Origin: Amphiscolops sp. MND2022
Lineage: Eukaryota
Length of the DNA stretch: 64,000 nucleotides
Assembly: GCA_964187785.1 (NCBI GenBank)
Contig: OZ076409.1
Span: 27,964,001 to 28,028,000 of the forward strand
Reading direction: 5' to 3'
The translations under genes were made by a program, and so were the position numbers. This document shows positions 47,267 to 60,600 of this stretch, piece by piece. Numbering within the stretch: position 1 is the first letter of the stretch; the number at the start of each line of letters is the position of its first letter. The notes under the pieces were generated by a model, which saw only the letters and a list, made by a program, of their open reading frames with translations, ran no database searches and was not told where the DNA came from.

Positions 47267-47646
47267 TGGGGACTGTTCAATTCGTCGAACATTCAATTCG
47301 TCGAACACGTATTAATTTAGCGACAATGGTATGACGTAATGGAATGAATTGATTTCAGCCAATCAAATTCGAGCATTCAAAATTACGATAACGTAGTCAG
47401 CTATGTTCGCACACCCCTAGTGCCCTAAATGCAGGAGCGAAGCGAAGCGGAGGGACTTGCCATATGCCATGCCTCAATGTTGCTACTTGGCGAAGGGAGC
47501 GAAGCGACCGAGCCATACAACAAATATGTTATTCGGCACAAAAGATAACCAAATGAAAATAATCGCTGAAATGGAATTCTTTCGACGCATTGAGTAGCTT
47601 TGCATTTTTCGACGATTTGAATGTTCGACGAATTGAAGTTGCACCA
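47267..47646. mobile_element. MITE-like element with about 38-bp imperfect TIRs
   Basis: ttcaattcgtcgaacattcaattcgtcgaa on the left versus ttcgacgatttgaatgttcgacgaattgaa on the right; internal agcgaagcga repeats. Confidence 0.75.
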
Positions 47647-48943
47647 AACTATATCATTAAATTCCTCTCTTGAGTTTCTGGCGTGCGTTGCGGACACTGC
47701 TTTCAAACTCTATCATACGTACAGTAGTGTAAGAAAAGAACTGAACCTTTATTTATTAGAAAAACTTGGAGTGGCAAGTAAACAAAGGTAGCATTTTAAA
47801 CAGTGAGCTCTTTCAATCCGCATTTACGCATAAAATTTGGGAAGTGGAAAAACAAATTGCATGTTTAATTTTATGGATAAAATCGCATTATTTAGCAGAC
47901 TTAGTTGGTATTAATTTTATTTGCTAAAAAACTGTATCTGACGTTTTAAGGTAGTAAATTAAATGAAACAATAGTTGATGTATATTAAACTTGTCAAAAA
48001 CTATATAATACCAATTATCTTGATGCAATAGTGTTGAATGTCTACAAGAAATGAAGAAGTACCTGCCAAATAAACACAAGTTATAAATTAGGTGCGAAGT
48101 GTTAACAAAATTTTCTAAAATGATGTCCCACGTGCAATTTCAGTAGTAAATACAATCAATGAAAAATGAAATTAGGAAGTTTCTTCATTTTTGAAAACGT
48201 CATTTCAAGTGCCCAACAAAACTGTAAAATATTTGTTATTTCGATTTTCAATAGCCGAATGACAGCCGAATTGAGAGTTGTTTTTGTTTTGGTCGAATTT
48301 TTTTTACAAATAAAGTACGCTTCTTGGGACGATCTCATTGCAACATCATGCCAATCGTAGTACGAATCAAGCACGATCACGACTAAAATACAACGACACA
48401 TAAATGTAGGGTTTACGCTGACACCCAAATACTACCACACAAGGGTTTCAACAAAAAATTGTTGAAATTTTAATTGTCAATAGAAAACGATGAATATTTT
48501 TAGGTTACCTTCGATGAATAACAATTATTTGTTTTTGATGACAAATAATATTTGCAATATAGCTTTTTTATAGGCTTCTAATTTGAGCACGAGAGTTTGG
48601 CTTTGTCGTGAATACATTCAGCCTCGAATACAGCTGAGAGGTTATTTAGCGTTGTGCGTTCTGCATATAGACTACAGAGAAAAACAAGTCCTGTAAACCT
48701 CGAATCGCGATTATTTTGTGATAAGAAAAGATTATTGGGATTGGATAGTTGTTGATTCAGTGCATTGATTATTGGTTGTGTAGAAAATAACTTCAATTAT
48801 TAAGTGTTATCCGCCACAAGTAGAATTATTTTTTTGAGACTAATCATTTTGAGACTAATCATTTTGACTAATCATAAATGACCTTATTCCACACAACTGC
48901 GTTTTCATTAAATTTGCTTATTTCAGTTCCATGTCTTTTTCAG

Positions 48944-49223
48944 GGAGATGACAGCTGAAAAAGTGAATGCGCTTCGAATGCTCCTCTGTGTATCTTTTGT
49001 TACCGTGTCTGCTATCTCACTTGAGGTTGTTTTCTCAATCTTTTTCGGGTTCGAATTAGAACATAAAGAGCCGGATTCTGAAATCAAGATGTTTCTTTAT
49101 GCGAGAAAACCTTGCTTCCGGAGATTACCCTTATTTTTAAATTCTGGTGGGAACTCATTCTTCATCTTTCTTTTTGTGAAATCTTATCAAACTTATTTGA
49201 AAACTGTTCTTAAACTAGCTTGA
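48944..49223 (+). CDS. Rhodopsin-class GPCR, exon 3 (TM6-TM7 and stop)
   Basis: Acceptor tttttcag in phase 2; ALRMLLCVSFVTV (TM6), LFLNSGGNSFF (TM7-like). The three exons sum to 933 nt, or 310 aa. Confidence 0.78.
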
Positions 49224-50899
49224 ATGCTTCTAGTACATAAGAAGCGTCACCTTTCAACTGCGTGTGATTTCAATATTTCCTTCATATTATTTCCACATTT
49301 CCCTCGATAATCGTTGATCCTAAAAACTCAATTAATTGTAATTCTGGATTTGCATGAAAATATTAATATTGAACCAAAAGTATGTAGACAATTTTTGAGA
49401 CATTCAGAATATCATCATATGGAATGCTGCCAACCCTAGTTATGCAACGAAATAGATTTTTAAAAACACTTTTTTTCCTTTTTGGTAAATATTGATGAAG
49501 CTCGAAGCACCTTTCAAAAGGGAAAATCAGAAAAAATACGGAACAAGTGCTTTTTCCCACCAGAAGTCAGTTCACAACGTACTTCCGGTTTCTTCGTTGT
49601 TTATTCTAGCAATTGCTGCTGCTAATGGGCATCAAATTCTTATAACTAGTCAAAAGTAGTTTTATAACTCTAATCAAAAATTCACTTGTCTGAATATCAG
49701 CTTACATCCATCTTGAATAATATAAAAACAAGAACAACAACTAAAATTGAATAGGACTCTGGATAGGTTGAGGACTTACAAGAGCTTCACATGCCAGCCA
49801 CAAAACATCATCATTCACTCGCTGAAAAGGCAATGAAAAACGAAGATTTTGTACACTATACGAACATTGCTTCCTATGTTCAACACCTGTTCGAAATTAG
49901 ATCAAATCCAAAATTGAGTTGAGAAGAGTGTATTGAAAAGAGTGCATATTTAGTGAAAGTCGTCTGTTCTAGTTGGTAGTTTCGGTTTTTACTTTGAAAC
50001 GCGTCGAAAATAAGAAAACATGTGTTCAAAAAATTCCGTGTAGTCTTTGAAGTCATACTTGTTCGTAATCTTTTCATTGTGAGAGAGGTCTCAGCTTTTA
50101 TCTGTTGAATCATTTGGAAAATGAAAAATCTTAGCTTCAAAATCTTAGTTTTTTTTCATTTTTGTCGCAACAATTTCTGCTTGAAACTACTGTAACCACT
50201 GACAAGAAACGGTCAGTCACCAACGTCGAAAAAAGTATTCATTTCATCACTGCGTCTTCACTTCAGTATCTTCATGTTCCAGGTGAGAAAAGGCGTTTTT
50301 CGAGCGGGAAGGACCTCTTGCTCGAATAGTTTGGGACATTAGTTTTAGTAAGATCAGATTATTTTCGATGAAGCTTGTTATTGACCCACTGAGTAATTCC
50401 CTTTCAACCTGCCACTTCAATGATGGTAAGTTTATGCAACTTTCTGGTTGTGACAATAACGGAGCATTTAGTGGCGGAAAACAGACGTCTTTTGAACGTG
50501 TCATAAATACTTCACCGATGTTGTAATAAAGTGAAGATCGCTTCTTACGCTTCTCAGTGTTATTTTCCTCGTGCAGGTATTGCAAACGGTCACCTTCGGC
50601 TGGTACCAATTTCGTAAATGTGTGACAAATCAAAGGCTCGTAATAAAACTGGAAGATCCTGATTCCGCTCAAATTGTTGTGGCATATATCAATCGCATTA
50701 TCAAATGCTTGCCAAGTACAGGAGGCGTTGAGCACTAACCTGTGACCAGTTCTCTCAATAACGTTGCGTTTGGACCCGCTCAATAGCGACTTCTCTTTTT
50801 GACAAGATTGTTTCAGCTCCTTTGTTTGATCGTATGCTCCGTCTCGCCAGTACTTTTGACCATCAGCGCTGGAATAAGACAGCAAGCTTCACATTCTCT

Positions 50900-53800
50900 T
50901 GCCTCTTTTTGGCGAAAATGGTACTGTGGTCATCTCTGGGGAATTCTTCTAACTTATCGAGGTCCACGGATTTGTCGAAATCTAATTCATTCAGTTCTTT
51001 ATGCAACTTCACAAATATAAATTTTATTGTGTTTGGTTTCCTACCTGTGTGTCTCTCGAACAGCGATTCTCAGTCTTTTCCTTTGCTTACACTTAGCGCG
51101 CTTACTAACTGGTAGAACATTTTGTTCTGTTTTCCAGCTAAAAGTTCCAGATGAGCCCTCAACCTCTCATTAACAATCCTTATCAGTCTCTCGACCTTTC
51201 TGTTTCCCCTATAGATTAGGCACACTATATGGCGGTTTCAAACTCTTCTCTAAAAGATTTGAAGTCGTTTCCTTGACACCTGGTCTGTTCTTATTATCTG
51301 TGGAATTCCTTTATCACGTTATCACAAGGTATTTCCGTAGGAACCTTTCGACTCCCTTCACGTCAGTACTTTTATCAAATTTTAACGTGAGGTACGCTGG
51401 AAAAGGATTAATAGCTACCAATATGTATTTTCTGTTTTCGGCTGCCCAGCAAAAGGTCCCATGAAATCTAAAGCTTTATCTTTGTTTACTTGTTTTGGTT
51501 TTTCGATTTTTTTTAATTTTTTCGCATTTTCATTGGTTTAAGGTTCTTACCTGCTTTTGGCAGTTTGCACACCTTTTTGAAGCTGCAACAACTTGTCGAA
51601 TAATTTGTGGTAACCAAACTTCATCGACGGGGCCCAGTAAGGCGTCCCGGCCCGCGTGTCTACTTTGGATACAATTTAGTACCGCTTGCCGCGTGTCTGT
51701 GGGAATAACTAATACATTTTCGGAAAAACGTAACTCCCGATCAACTCGTAGGTCTTCAAAAACAAGACGGAACAATTACGTCTCCCTACGGAGCAATTTA
51801 ATGTCTCGCTTCAGTTCAGCTTGTCTGACATTTTGAAGACCGAGATCGGCTTGGTAATTACTCATTAATAGTCCATCCCTTACCTCGGGAAAAGTTTTAA
51901 TATTGACGAATTTAACCTCAGAGTTATGTTAGGGTGGCAAAGAGCTCTCTTCTACTGAATTAACTATTGACTGCGAGGGAGAAGTCTTGGGAATAAAATC
52001 CTTTGACTGAACAATTTGTTCATCTTTCAAATTTTCGATGATTTTATTAAGTGGCGCGTCGCGTCCTTTTCGCGGCTAATCTCAATGCGACTCATTATGG
52101 ATTGTTTACTTTTACAATCAGTGCGTTCGACGCGCTTACTTTTTTCTTTCGCTCGCCTAGTTGGCTGCAATCTATTGGCTGGTTGAACAATTTGTTCAGT
52201 CTCTGTCGAGTAGCTGCCCATCGTAATTTCTATTGACGTCTTCTACTGAATTGACTACAAACCAGCTTTACCAAAGTTCCTGTGCGCTTTTTAACTATTC
52301 GCTCTCAAAATAGTCGCTCGGGTGTCGGGTCAAATCTTCGGCAAAACCCATTGTCAGGCTCGGTTGATGTACCACCTCCGAATCGAATGACAAAAGCCTA
52401 TCGCTCCAACTTGTAAACCTACTGGATAATGTTTCATTTCCGTGGTTACTTTTTATTGCATTTTCTAAAGCCTTATGGGCTGATACAACTTCGAAGTTTA
52501 CTTCGTTGATGTCGATTTGAAAGTGTTCCACGGCCCAAACTATCGTAAGTGATTCAAGCTCGTTTGTGGAATATTTTATGCCATAGTTTGTTAGGTACCT
52601 TGACGCGCACGATATCAGCTACGGAACTTTCTGCATTAAAAAAGCACTTAGTCCTCCATGGCGAGCGTCGCAGACGATCCGCGATTTGTTCTTCCGTTTG
52701 AAATGCAAAAATTTATTAGGTTTTTGAACGTTTTTCTGTTCTTGTTCAAAAGCAAAGTCGTGTTTTTCCTGTCATTCCCATTGTTTTTCTTTGAAAGCTC
52801 TCTAAATGGTTCTGTTATTTGAGCTAGTCCAGGTATCAATATTTTCATTGGCTTTCCGCCCCGACCTTAGGTATGCCAAGTTTTTAGGTTTCATTTTTAC
52901 CAATATTCTTTGAATTTTTTCGTTTTGTGGTGTTATTCCAATTTCAGAGACCATGTATTCAAGTCAATATTATTCATTTTCAGCTATTTGACATTTTTGT
53001 TCATTCAGTTGTAGTATTTAACTTGCTAATTTTTGAGAAACTTCCCAAACCTTCTCTTCCTGTTCTTCTTTGGTATCCTTAGTTACAATTAAAACGACTT
53101 GTAAAGTAGCGTATTTGGCCGATTGCGTAATTCAAATCGATCGAGGTGAACCACACCTCATCGTTTCCGTCTTGTGTGATTACTTCGGCTAACATACTCA
53201 ATCGTCTAGGTTAGGCATTTCATATTTGTCTTTCTCTATGTATTCGTTCATCATTCTCGCGTCTGGCGCAATTTTTATGCTTTTGTTGGTTGAATGACCG
53301 TTGGTTGTATAATAATGTCGTCTTTTATTTCGTTTACTTTTTCTGTATGCCCCTTTTCGAGTAGTTTTTTGAGTTCTTTTTGACTGAAGTTTGGAGCTGT
53401 AATGGTATACGGCCCCCTTTTTGTTGTTAGGGTACCAATTGTTTTAAAATTGTGCGGTTTTGTTCGTGCTCTTCAAGGCGTCTGTGTCTAGAAAAATATT
53501 CTTTGATTTCCTTGAACAATTTGTTCGGTGATTCGTTTTCAAGATTAGTTTCGCACTTACCGCCTTCTGTCTTTAGCTTGATTCCCAAACCTCTCAGCCA
53601 GTTCCTGCTTCTCACCGTTCGAGACCCATTTTCAGCTACCAACACTCGAACTTTGTCTAACTTTCCGACCCGACTTGTCCGATGGTGGCTTCGAGGAATT
53701 CCAATTTGTTGCTGCTGAAATCGATATACTCCTCGTTGCTTTTCTAGGGATCGCAGTTTGTAATCCCGATCATTTTCTGTCTATTGGGCTTCGTAAACTT

Positions 53801-54740
53801 AGTGACAAGTGACGCAGTTTCTTTGAGGGCATTGAATGGTTTTCGGTTGAATGTCCTTTTTAAGACGAACGGTTGAATTGCACGCTTTTCCGCGTTATCG
53901 GCGGAAAATATTGACTTTCGCCTTACATGACTTCGATTTCTTCTCCCGACTTATCTTCACAATTGCTCCAGGGGCTCTCCGGGTGTAACACATTCATTTT
54001 TCCTCGGGGTATTGTTTTGTTTTAGTTAGCTCCTGGTTGCATCATCCTGCACATTCAGGCATAATGTCCTGACTTTGCACAGTGTTGGCACTCGACGTTT
54101 TTGCCTTGCAAATCTTTTGATGTCTTATTTTGAACGGGATTTCTCCGCAATTGTAGCACTCGTTGCTTTTCTCCACTGCAAATTCGGCTCCTCTTTAATG
54201 TTTGTCGCTTTCACGCAAATTGTTTGCTTCTGTTGGGCTCCTCCCTCGAAAACAATCGCAAATTTCACCGCCTCACTTGAACTGTTTTTAGGCTATGTGA
54301 ACAACCTCTCTTGGACCAACGTAATCTTCATATTACATACGAAAAGACCGTTAACTAACCCCGTGGTCTGTTTTCCAATTCGCAAATTCGCCCATCACAT
54401 TCAGGGCCCAACCCAAAGTTGTTCGAGGCTTTTATCATCTTTCTATTTCCTGTTTAGAAACATGTGACAATCCATGAGCCTGGTCCTTTTCTTCTGGAAA
54501 GCTTCGTTGCATTCGTTGAGCAAATCTTCTGGAGAGCTTCCTTGCATTCGTTGAGCAGCATTCACGGTCTTTATGTCCATGTTTGGCTTTCGGTCCAATA
54601 ATGTTGTTCGTGCTGCCTCTCCGAGAGCAATATACAAGAAACTGACCGCTTTTTTCCCGGCTATAGGTTCTTCTGCGCCGCCCATTAAGACTCGTTCCTC
54701 GTCAGTTCTTCTAATGATATTGAAGATTTCGCCATAAATG
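50900..54740 (-). mobile_element. Heavily decayed Gypsy-type gag-pol of a different lineage (boundaries approximate)
   Basis: Gag-like LYIALGEAARTTLLDRKP, RNase H-like ELESLTIVWAVEHF near 52520-52560, integrase zinc finger HAGRD...W...CANCQK; possible PBS TGGCGA near 54734. Confidence 0.7.
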
Positions 54741-55199
54741 TCGCTTCAGATAATTTTATTCATTTGATCCATTCATGCTGAGTTTCAGTTGAGGTATCTT
54801 GCCAATTAGTACCAGAGTGTCGACGCTTCATCGATGTCAAAAAAATCAGAAAAGTGTCTGAAGAATCCAGAAAAGCGTGTAAAGCATTCACAAAAAAGAA
54901 TGAAAAATCTAGAAAAGCCTGTGAAGAATTCAGAAATATGCTGAAGAATACACAAAATACGAAGTATACTTCCACCAATGCTGCTACATAGGTAGCGAAG
55001 TTTATCATTAATAAGAAGAATCCACAAATCAATTTTTTCATATCTTCAATTTTGAACTGCTAATATTAGTGTTTGGATGCTTCCATCGCATTTACGGTAC
55101 TACCAAATAGTAGTACACACAGGTAATGATTAAAACAATACAAAATAAGAATCTAAAGCTACCCTGAGTTACACGCAGGTTCAAAAACGAAAAGAATCT

Positions 55200-56200
55200 T
55201 CAGTCGGGCTTTCAGCAGTGAACCCTAGGTTGGTGTAGAGCTTGCTCACGTAGTGAAGAATATAAGGAATGTCGTCATGACGCGCAGACTTGAAAAGGTC
55301 ATGAGCAAATCAACAAAATACCTTTTCGAAAATGCGCATAAAACTTCTGCAAAATCTCGTAGTGGAATTAGCAGCATCAAAGGTCTCATTGGAGAGAATA
55401 GTACTGTCCTGATGGCATAATGTGGCACATCCGTCGCCTTATATAGAAACAGTAAACCAAACCTCAGCGTCATTGCAACAATTTCCAATCACAGACTCAC
55501 TATCAGTTGTTTTCGCAGCAACCTCAAGTGACAATAGTTTCTCGAACTGACTAGGCTATAGCTGAGGAAGAATTACTGACAACGTTGACCCCCTGGCAGC
55601 ACTGCTAACCTGAAGTTGACCTGGCACTATTAACCTGTCAAGAGAAAACACGTCCCCTTCCATAAGTTTAGCCTCTGATTTTCGCTGATTTCAAAGTTCG
55701 TTCCTGAAACGCTATAGATGTACGAAGCAAACATTTTATTTAAGCGATAATGGCTGCTGACAGGAAGGGAGAGAGCAAGTCTCCGACGGAGAGAGCTGAG
55801 TCACAGGTCCAAGGAAGCATGTTGGGCCACCGTAGACATCACGGCTTCGTAGAAGTCCTTCGACACCTTTTTGCTCTGAATTTAACCAGGACGGGCCAAA
55901 TTAAACTCTACTTTTGTCCTTAAGAGTACACAACGGGCGTTGTATGTGACTGGATGCAGTAACAATTTGGGAACAGTCTGAAGCGAAAAACGAGCAAGTT
56001 TATTAAAAGGAACTGCTTTGATGCGATGACTTTCGAGGTTAGCTTTCTTAACGAGACTATCAAATTTTTAGGTTCGGATTTCTAGCAATACCAATACGCT
56101 AAGGGATGCAGCTCACTGAGCTCCTCAAATGAAGCCTCTGCGTCCATAACACTTCTCAAAGCTTGTGATTTGATGAAAGTTCGCCAAAACTAGTTCTCAA
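55200..56200 (-). mobile_element. Possible DIRS-type tyrosine recombinase relic
   Basis: Scattered short motifs in broken frames (ELSELHPL, FAHDL, a GWKS-like remnant); no continuous ORF. Confidence 0.25.
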
Positions 56201-57669
56201 GTTCAAGATAACAGTACTAAACAGTGTTAATCAGTACAGTCATACCTTAAAGCGACAGACAACAAAACTCAGGCTCCATGTACTAAACAATGTTTGATAA
56301 CAGACGTTTCGACAACACAATTCAGAAGCCGTTTTGAGGAAAATTTTTAGAAAAAATCGCATACAAAACATCATAATACGGAATCAAAACCATTACCAGA
56401 AATAGACGACATATATGAGAAATACACTACATAAATATGATTTACTGATCTCAATAGTGTGGGCTGTGCTTCGATTTTCAGATTATGAACAACAAGAACG
56501 CCACCCATACGCATATGTTGCTAAAACGTCCTTTATCTAATGTTTTTGCCAAAAATGAAAACGAAAATTGCTGACAAAACTTCAAAAACTCCATCAAAAA
56601 CTCTACACCAGATCCGGAAATCCCAACCATCCGCGAATAGTGTCTCAAGACCACAACTTCACTTTTAGTAGTACCCTCTTAGCAGGAGCGACAATCGAGA
56701 AACGATCGGAGGGGAGCTGGTTTTTCTGTCGGCGAGCGCGAGTGTGCAACAAACATGCCTTCTTGAATTTTTTTAGCTAAGGCGAGACGATCCGGCGACA
56801 ATATGGCTGCGAACGTTTCGGCGACAAAAAGTGTCGCCCAAACGCCTGTCGCCAAATCAAAGATGTTCAAGCTGAAAGACACTTCTCGCAGTTTCTGCTA
56901 CTGTACGGAGTCTACCAAAACTAACAAAGATGGTTAGAACTTTCAAATCCAGTCCTTTCAACGTTTTTTTCTCAATTTTTCTCTCCGCCTTCGGGCCCTC
57001 TGGGTCTTCCCGCGTCTTCCTTTTCGATTCGGAATGGCAAAAACCACTGAAAGAGCGTTCACATTCTCAATGTCACGTCAAACTTTGGATTAAACTTTTC
57101 GGCCGATTTCTGCAACATTGTGCTCGCAATGCATGTTCGAGGGTTGACGTTTGCAAACCAAGTCGGTCGAAATATAATTTTCCTCGCTCTTTTTTTGTTA
57201 AGAACCGAATGTTTTGGGCCTAGGAGAGAATGTAACATCACCCTCTGGAGGACCTTAGCATAGCAGATTTTCACAATTTAGGTCTGATAAAGTTGAAGGG
57301 ACTAAAGTGACGTCGACATCGAGCATGTTTGCTCAAAAGGGAGTGGGAATAATGACCAAGGAAAAACGTCTAAACACAAAACGGAAACTAACTTCTGAAG
57401 AAACACTTTTCGGGAATATCCTCTAGAGTTTAAGATGTTACTGAGGCTCGAGCGTTGCGAGGTGCCCATACGGTGACGTTTTTCTTCGCAGAATTCGTGA
57501 CATCTGGTAACTTTTCAAACTTGTGAGGCAAATTTCTAGAAACCGAGAATAGATATGGGAACCATGTTTTCGCTGAAAGTGGCGCAAGATCCTAAGGTAC
57601 AATTTCGCCGAAAACAAATCGACGAAAAATCGGCTTCTTGTTTTTTGAGAAGGGTTTTTGAAAAACGCT

Positions 57670-60600
57670 ATTTTTTACTATTTTCATTTTACTCTTCTAG
57701 TCTTTCATCCCCTATATCTCAGGACTGATTCTGTATCTACTCGACAAGGGCAGAGTGGAGCTCGCTATAACTTTTGTACGCATTCTGCCAGATCCACGTC
57801 GAAATTCACAAGGAGCATGTTGATAATTCTTTTTAGACGTCTGCTTGTTGTTTTTGGATAGGAAATTCTTTCCGATTCAATTTGAGTGATAGACCAATCC
57901 AATGGGGTAGTCGTGAGCGCGTTCTTGAATATTATGTTCCATCTACTTCTCAGGTACTCATGATAAGTTGACACCGTGTAACAAATTGTTCCACCGGTGA
58001 CTTTATAAAAATAGTCAATGAGGTTTTTATCACTTTTATTTCTGGCAATTGACATTTCCGATACAGTTTCCACAAAATGTCCTGTTGTTGAGAAAGCTTG
58101 ATTCCAAATTTAATAGTGATAATGTCATTTTGTAAATGCCTAGGCGGGAAACCGCACAGTATTTCTGCTGCCAACTGGTCGTTTTTCGTACTTATACCTA
58201 CGCTAAGTTTGAGCGCAGTGTATAGTAATCTGCTATGTGCTTGTACGTGTTTCCTGGCCCACACAGGGGCCGCGTACAGAAGTCGGGGGAGCAGTAGAGT
58301 TTTTTAAAGCTTTATGAGCATTGCTTGCTTTAGACCCCAATTAGAGCCGCAAGACTTTTTATATATGTTCAGTTGCTTAACAAATTTCCCTTCCACCTGC
58401 TGTACATGTTCGTTGAAATTCAGTTTGATGTCCACAATCGCACCCAGGATTTTTGTGTTTCCGGTTACCTAGCAGGCCTCGCCGAAAAACTTCGGGAGGT
58501 GCGTGTTCTCAGTGTTGAGGTAGATTATTGACGTCTTATCACCATTGACTGCGATCCTCCAATTTTTGCACCACCGTTCCAGTTAATTGAGAATAATTTG
58601 AAAGTTCAGATAGACTTGAGTTTCAGTGTCCCCTGTCACCAGGAGGTTTCCATCGTCAGCGAAATTGAACTTGTCGGAAACAAAAAAAAATGAACAGAAT
58701 TGGTGATAACACACTACCATGTGGGAGTCCATCTATGGCTCAAGAATTCGTTTCTCAGATTACCAATTTCGATGCTGAGTTGTCGGTTTTTCAGAATACT
58801 TCCAGTCAGTTTATTGAATTTACCTCTAACTCCCGATTGATAGGGGTTTTGGAGCAGTGCATTGATCCATACGGAATCGAAGGCCTTCTCGAAGTCATTG
58901 GATATCAAGGGTCACTGTTTTTGCTCATTCGCACTTCTCGATATTCCATTTTCGTCCTATACAACAACCTTTTTGTGCTCTTGTGGGACTGGAAGCCTTC
59001 CTGCTATTCGTCTTTCTGGATGAAGTTTTTGAAAAAGCTTCTCAGCCTGACATCCAATAGTCTTGCCACATTATTTGCGACATAGCTGGAGATGGTTGTC
59101 GGCCGATACGCTGACGGTGTCGTGTAGTCTGCTTCACCTTGCTCCCTCAGAAATATCACTTTTGAATTATCCCACGGCCAGTGATTGTCATTCAGTGTTC
59201 CCTTTGCAATGTGAGGACGGACTTCTTTATATCGGGGCTCTGCGTAATTCATCGATTTGGGATGGATGCTGTCGTTATCGAAAGACTTTCCCGGTGTTTT
59301 CAAAAAACGCAGATTGTATTCCAGTTCTTCGAAGGTGAAGTCGCTGTTAAACTACCTGCCACTTTCTATTTCATGTCTTCCGGAATGTAGGGATTGTTGT
59401 AAAGTAACTTCTACGTGTAGCTTGAATTCTTGAATTCTCGTTGAAGCTGGGTTTCTCTAAATGTTTTCCAGCGGAAACAGTTTCACGAATTATTTCTGCT
59501 TTGTCTTTTTAAGCGAAGAAGTGGATTTGTTCTCTTACAACAACGGGGAAACTCCAGCATCTACCTTGTCCGTCAAATGCTTATTGACACGCTTTCAAAA
59601 ATCCTTTGAATGACTATCGTTAACGTCTTCGATGGAGCTTTTGGAGGCTTCGTTTGCTTTATCAATTACAAAATTTTGAAAGGATTGTTGAAGTTCACTA
59701 AAAAGATTGAGGTTATGCGCCGAGCTACGGTATTGGTAGTTTCTCCGTGCCTTATGGAGCTCGCGGCTTTTCGAACTGAGTTCTTCGCACCAATAAGGTT
59801 TCGAAAGGCAACAGACCTTCTTCACCGGAATATGTTGTTCTGAAGCAGTTTGAATTGCTTGTTTCAGTAGCAACTGAGAAGGATCGGCGTCCATTGTCTT
59901 GAAATCTATCCTTTCTGTTAGAAGGCTTTCTACACACTCGTAAAATCCTTCCCAATTGGCGTTCTTCAGATCTTTTTTAAGTTTGACTTCTTTTGTGTCT
60001 TCTTTCATGTTCAGCCATACGGGAAGATGTCCCCTCGTCGGAGCACCAGTGAACAATTCTGTCTCGAGGTCTACCATTATGAAGTTTGTAGTTTCAGTTT
60101 TTCTCTCTGACGTGATACAAAGGTCGATAACACTGCTCCCGTTGGTTGACACAAAAGTGGGATGTCCGTCGTTGTTAACATTTAGCACCCTGGAGGAGTC
60201 GTGTAGTGCGTTCACTAGAATTCTGCCGTGCTCATTCGTTGATCTAGCTCCATATTGGGTGTCTAGCATTATTGTCACCCGCTAGCAGAAATACGAGGTG
60301 GTGTCTAGTGGAAAAGGTCACCGCTTCCTCGAGCTCACTGATAAAGGTTTGTAGTTTTGGTGAACTGGTTTTATGTAGACAGCTCCCGATAAAACTGGTA
60401 TTCTGTTGATAGTGACAATGGTCCAGACAGAGTCAATTGGGGCCTTGAAGATTTTCGGTACGAGTGTGATATCTTATCTGACTTGAATAGAAATTCCGCC
60501 ATGACCGGTCGTTCCAAAGTAGCTGATGGCTGAGTAATTATTGATTTCGAAAGCTGCTAGTTTTTGGTGAGTTTCCGTTAAAATCACTACATGGGGCTTT

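Noticed and set aside
54760..55041. Phe-rich 93-aa ORF resembling a membrane protein
   Set aside because: Reverse complement of an A-rich imperfect repeat (gaagaat.cagaaa); no supporting structure.
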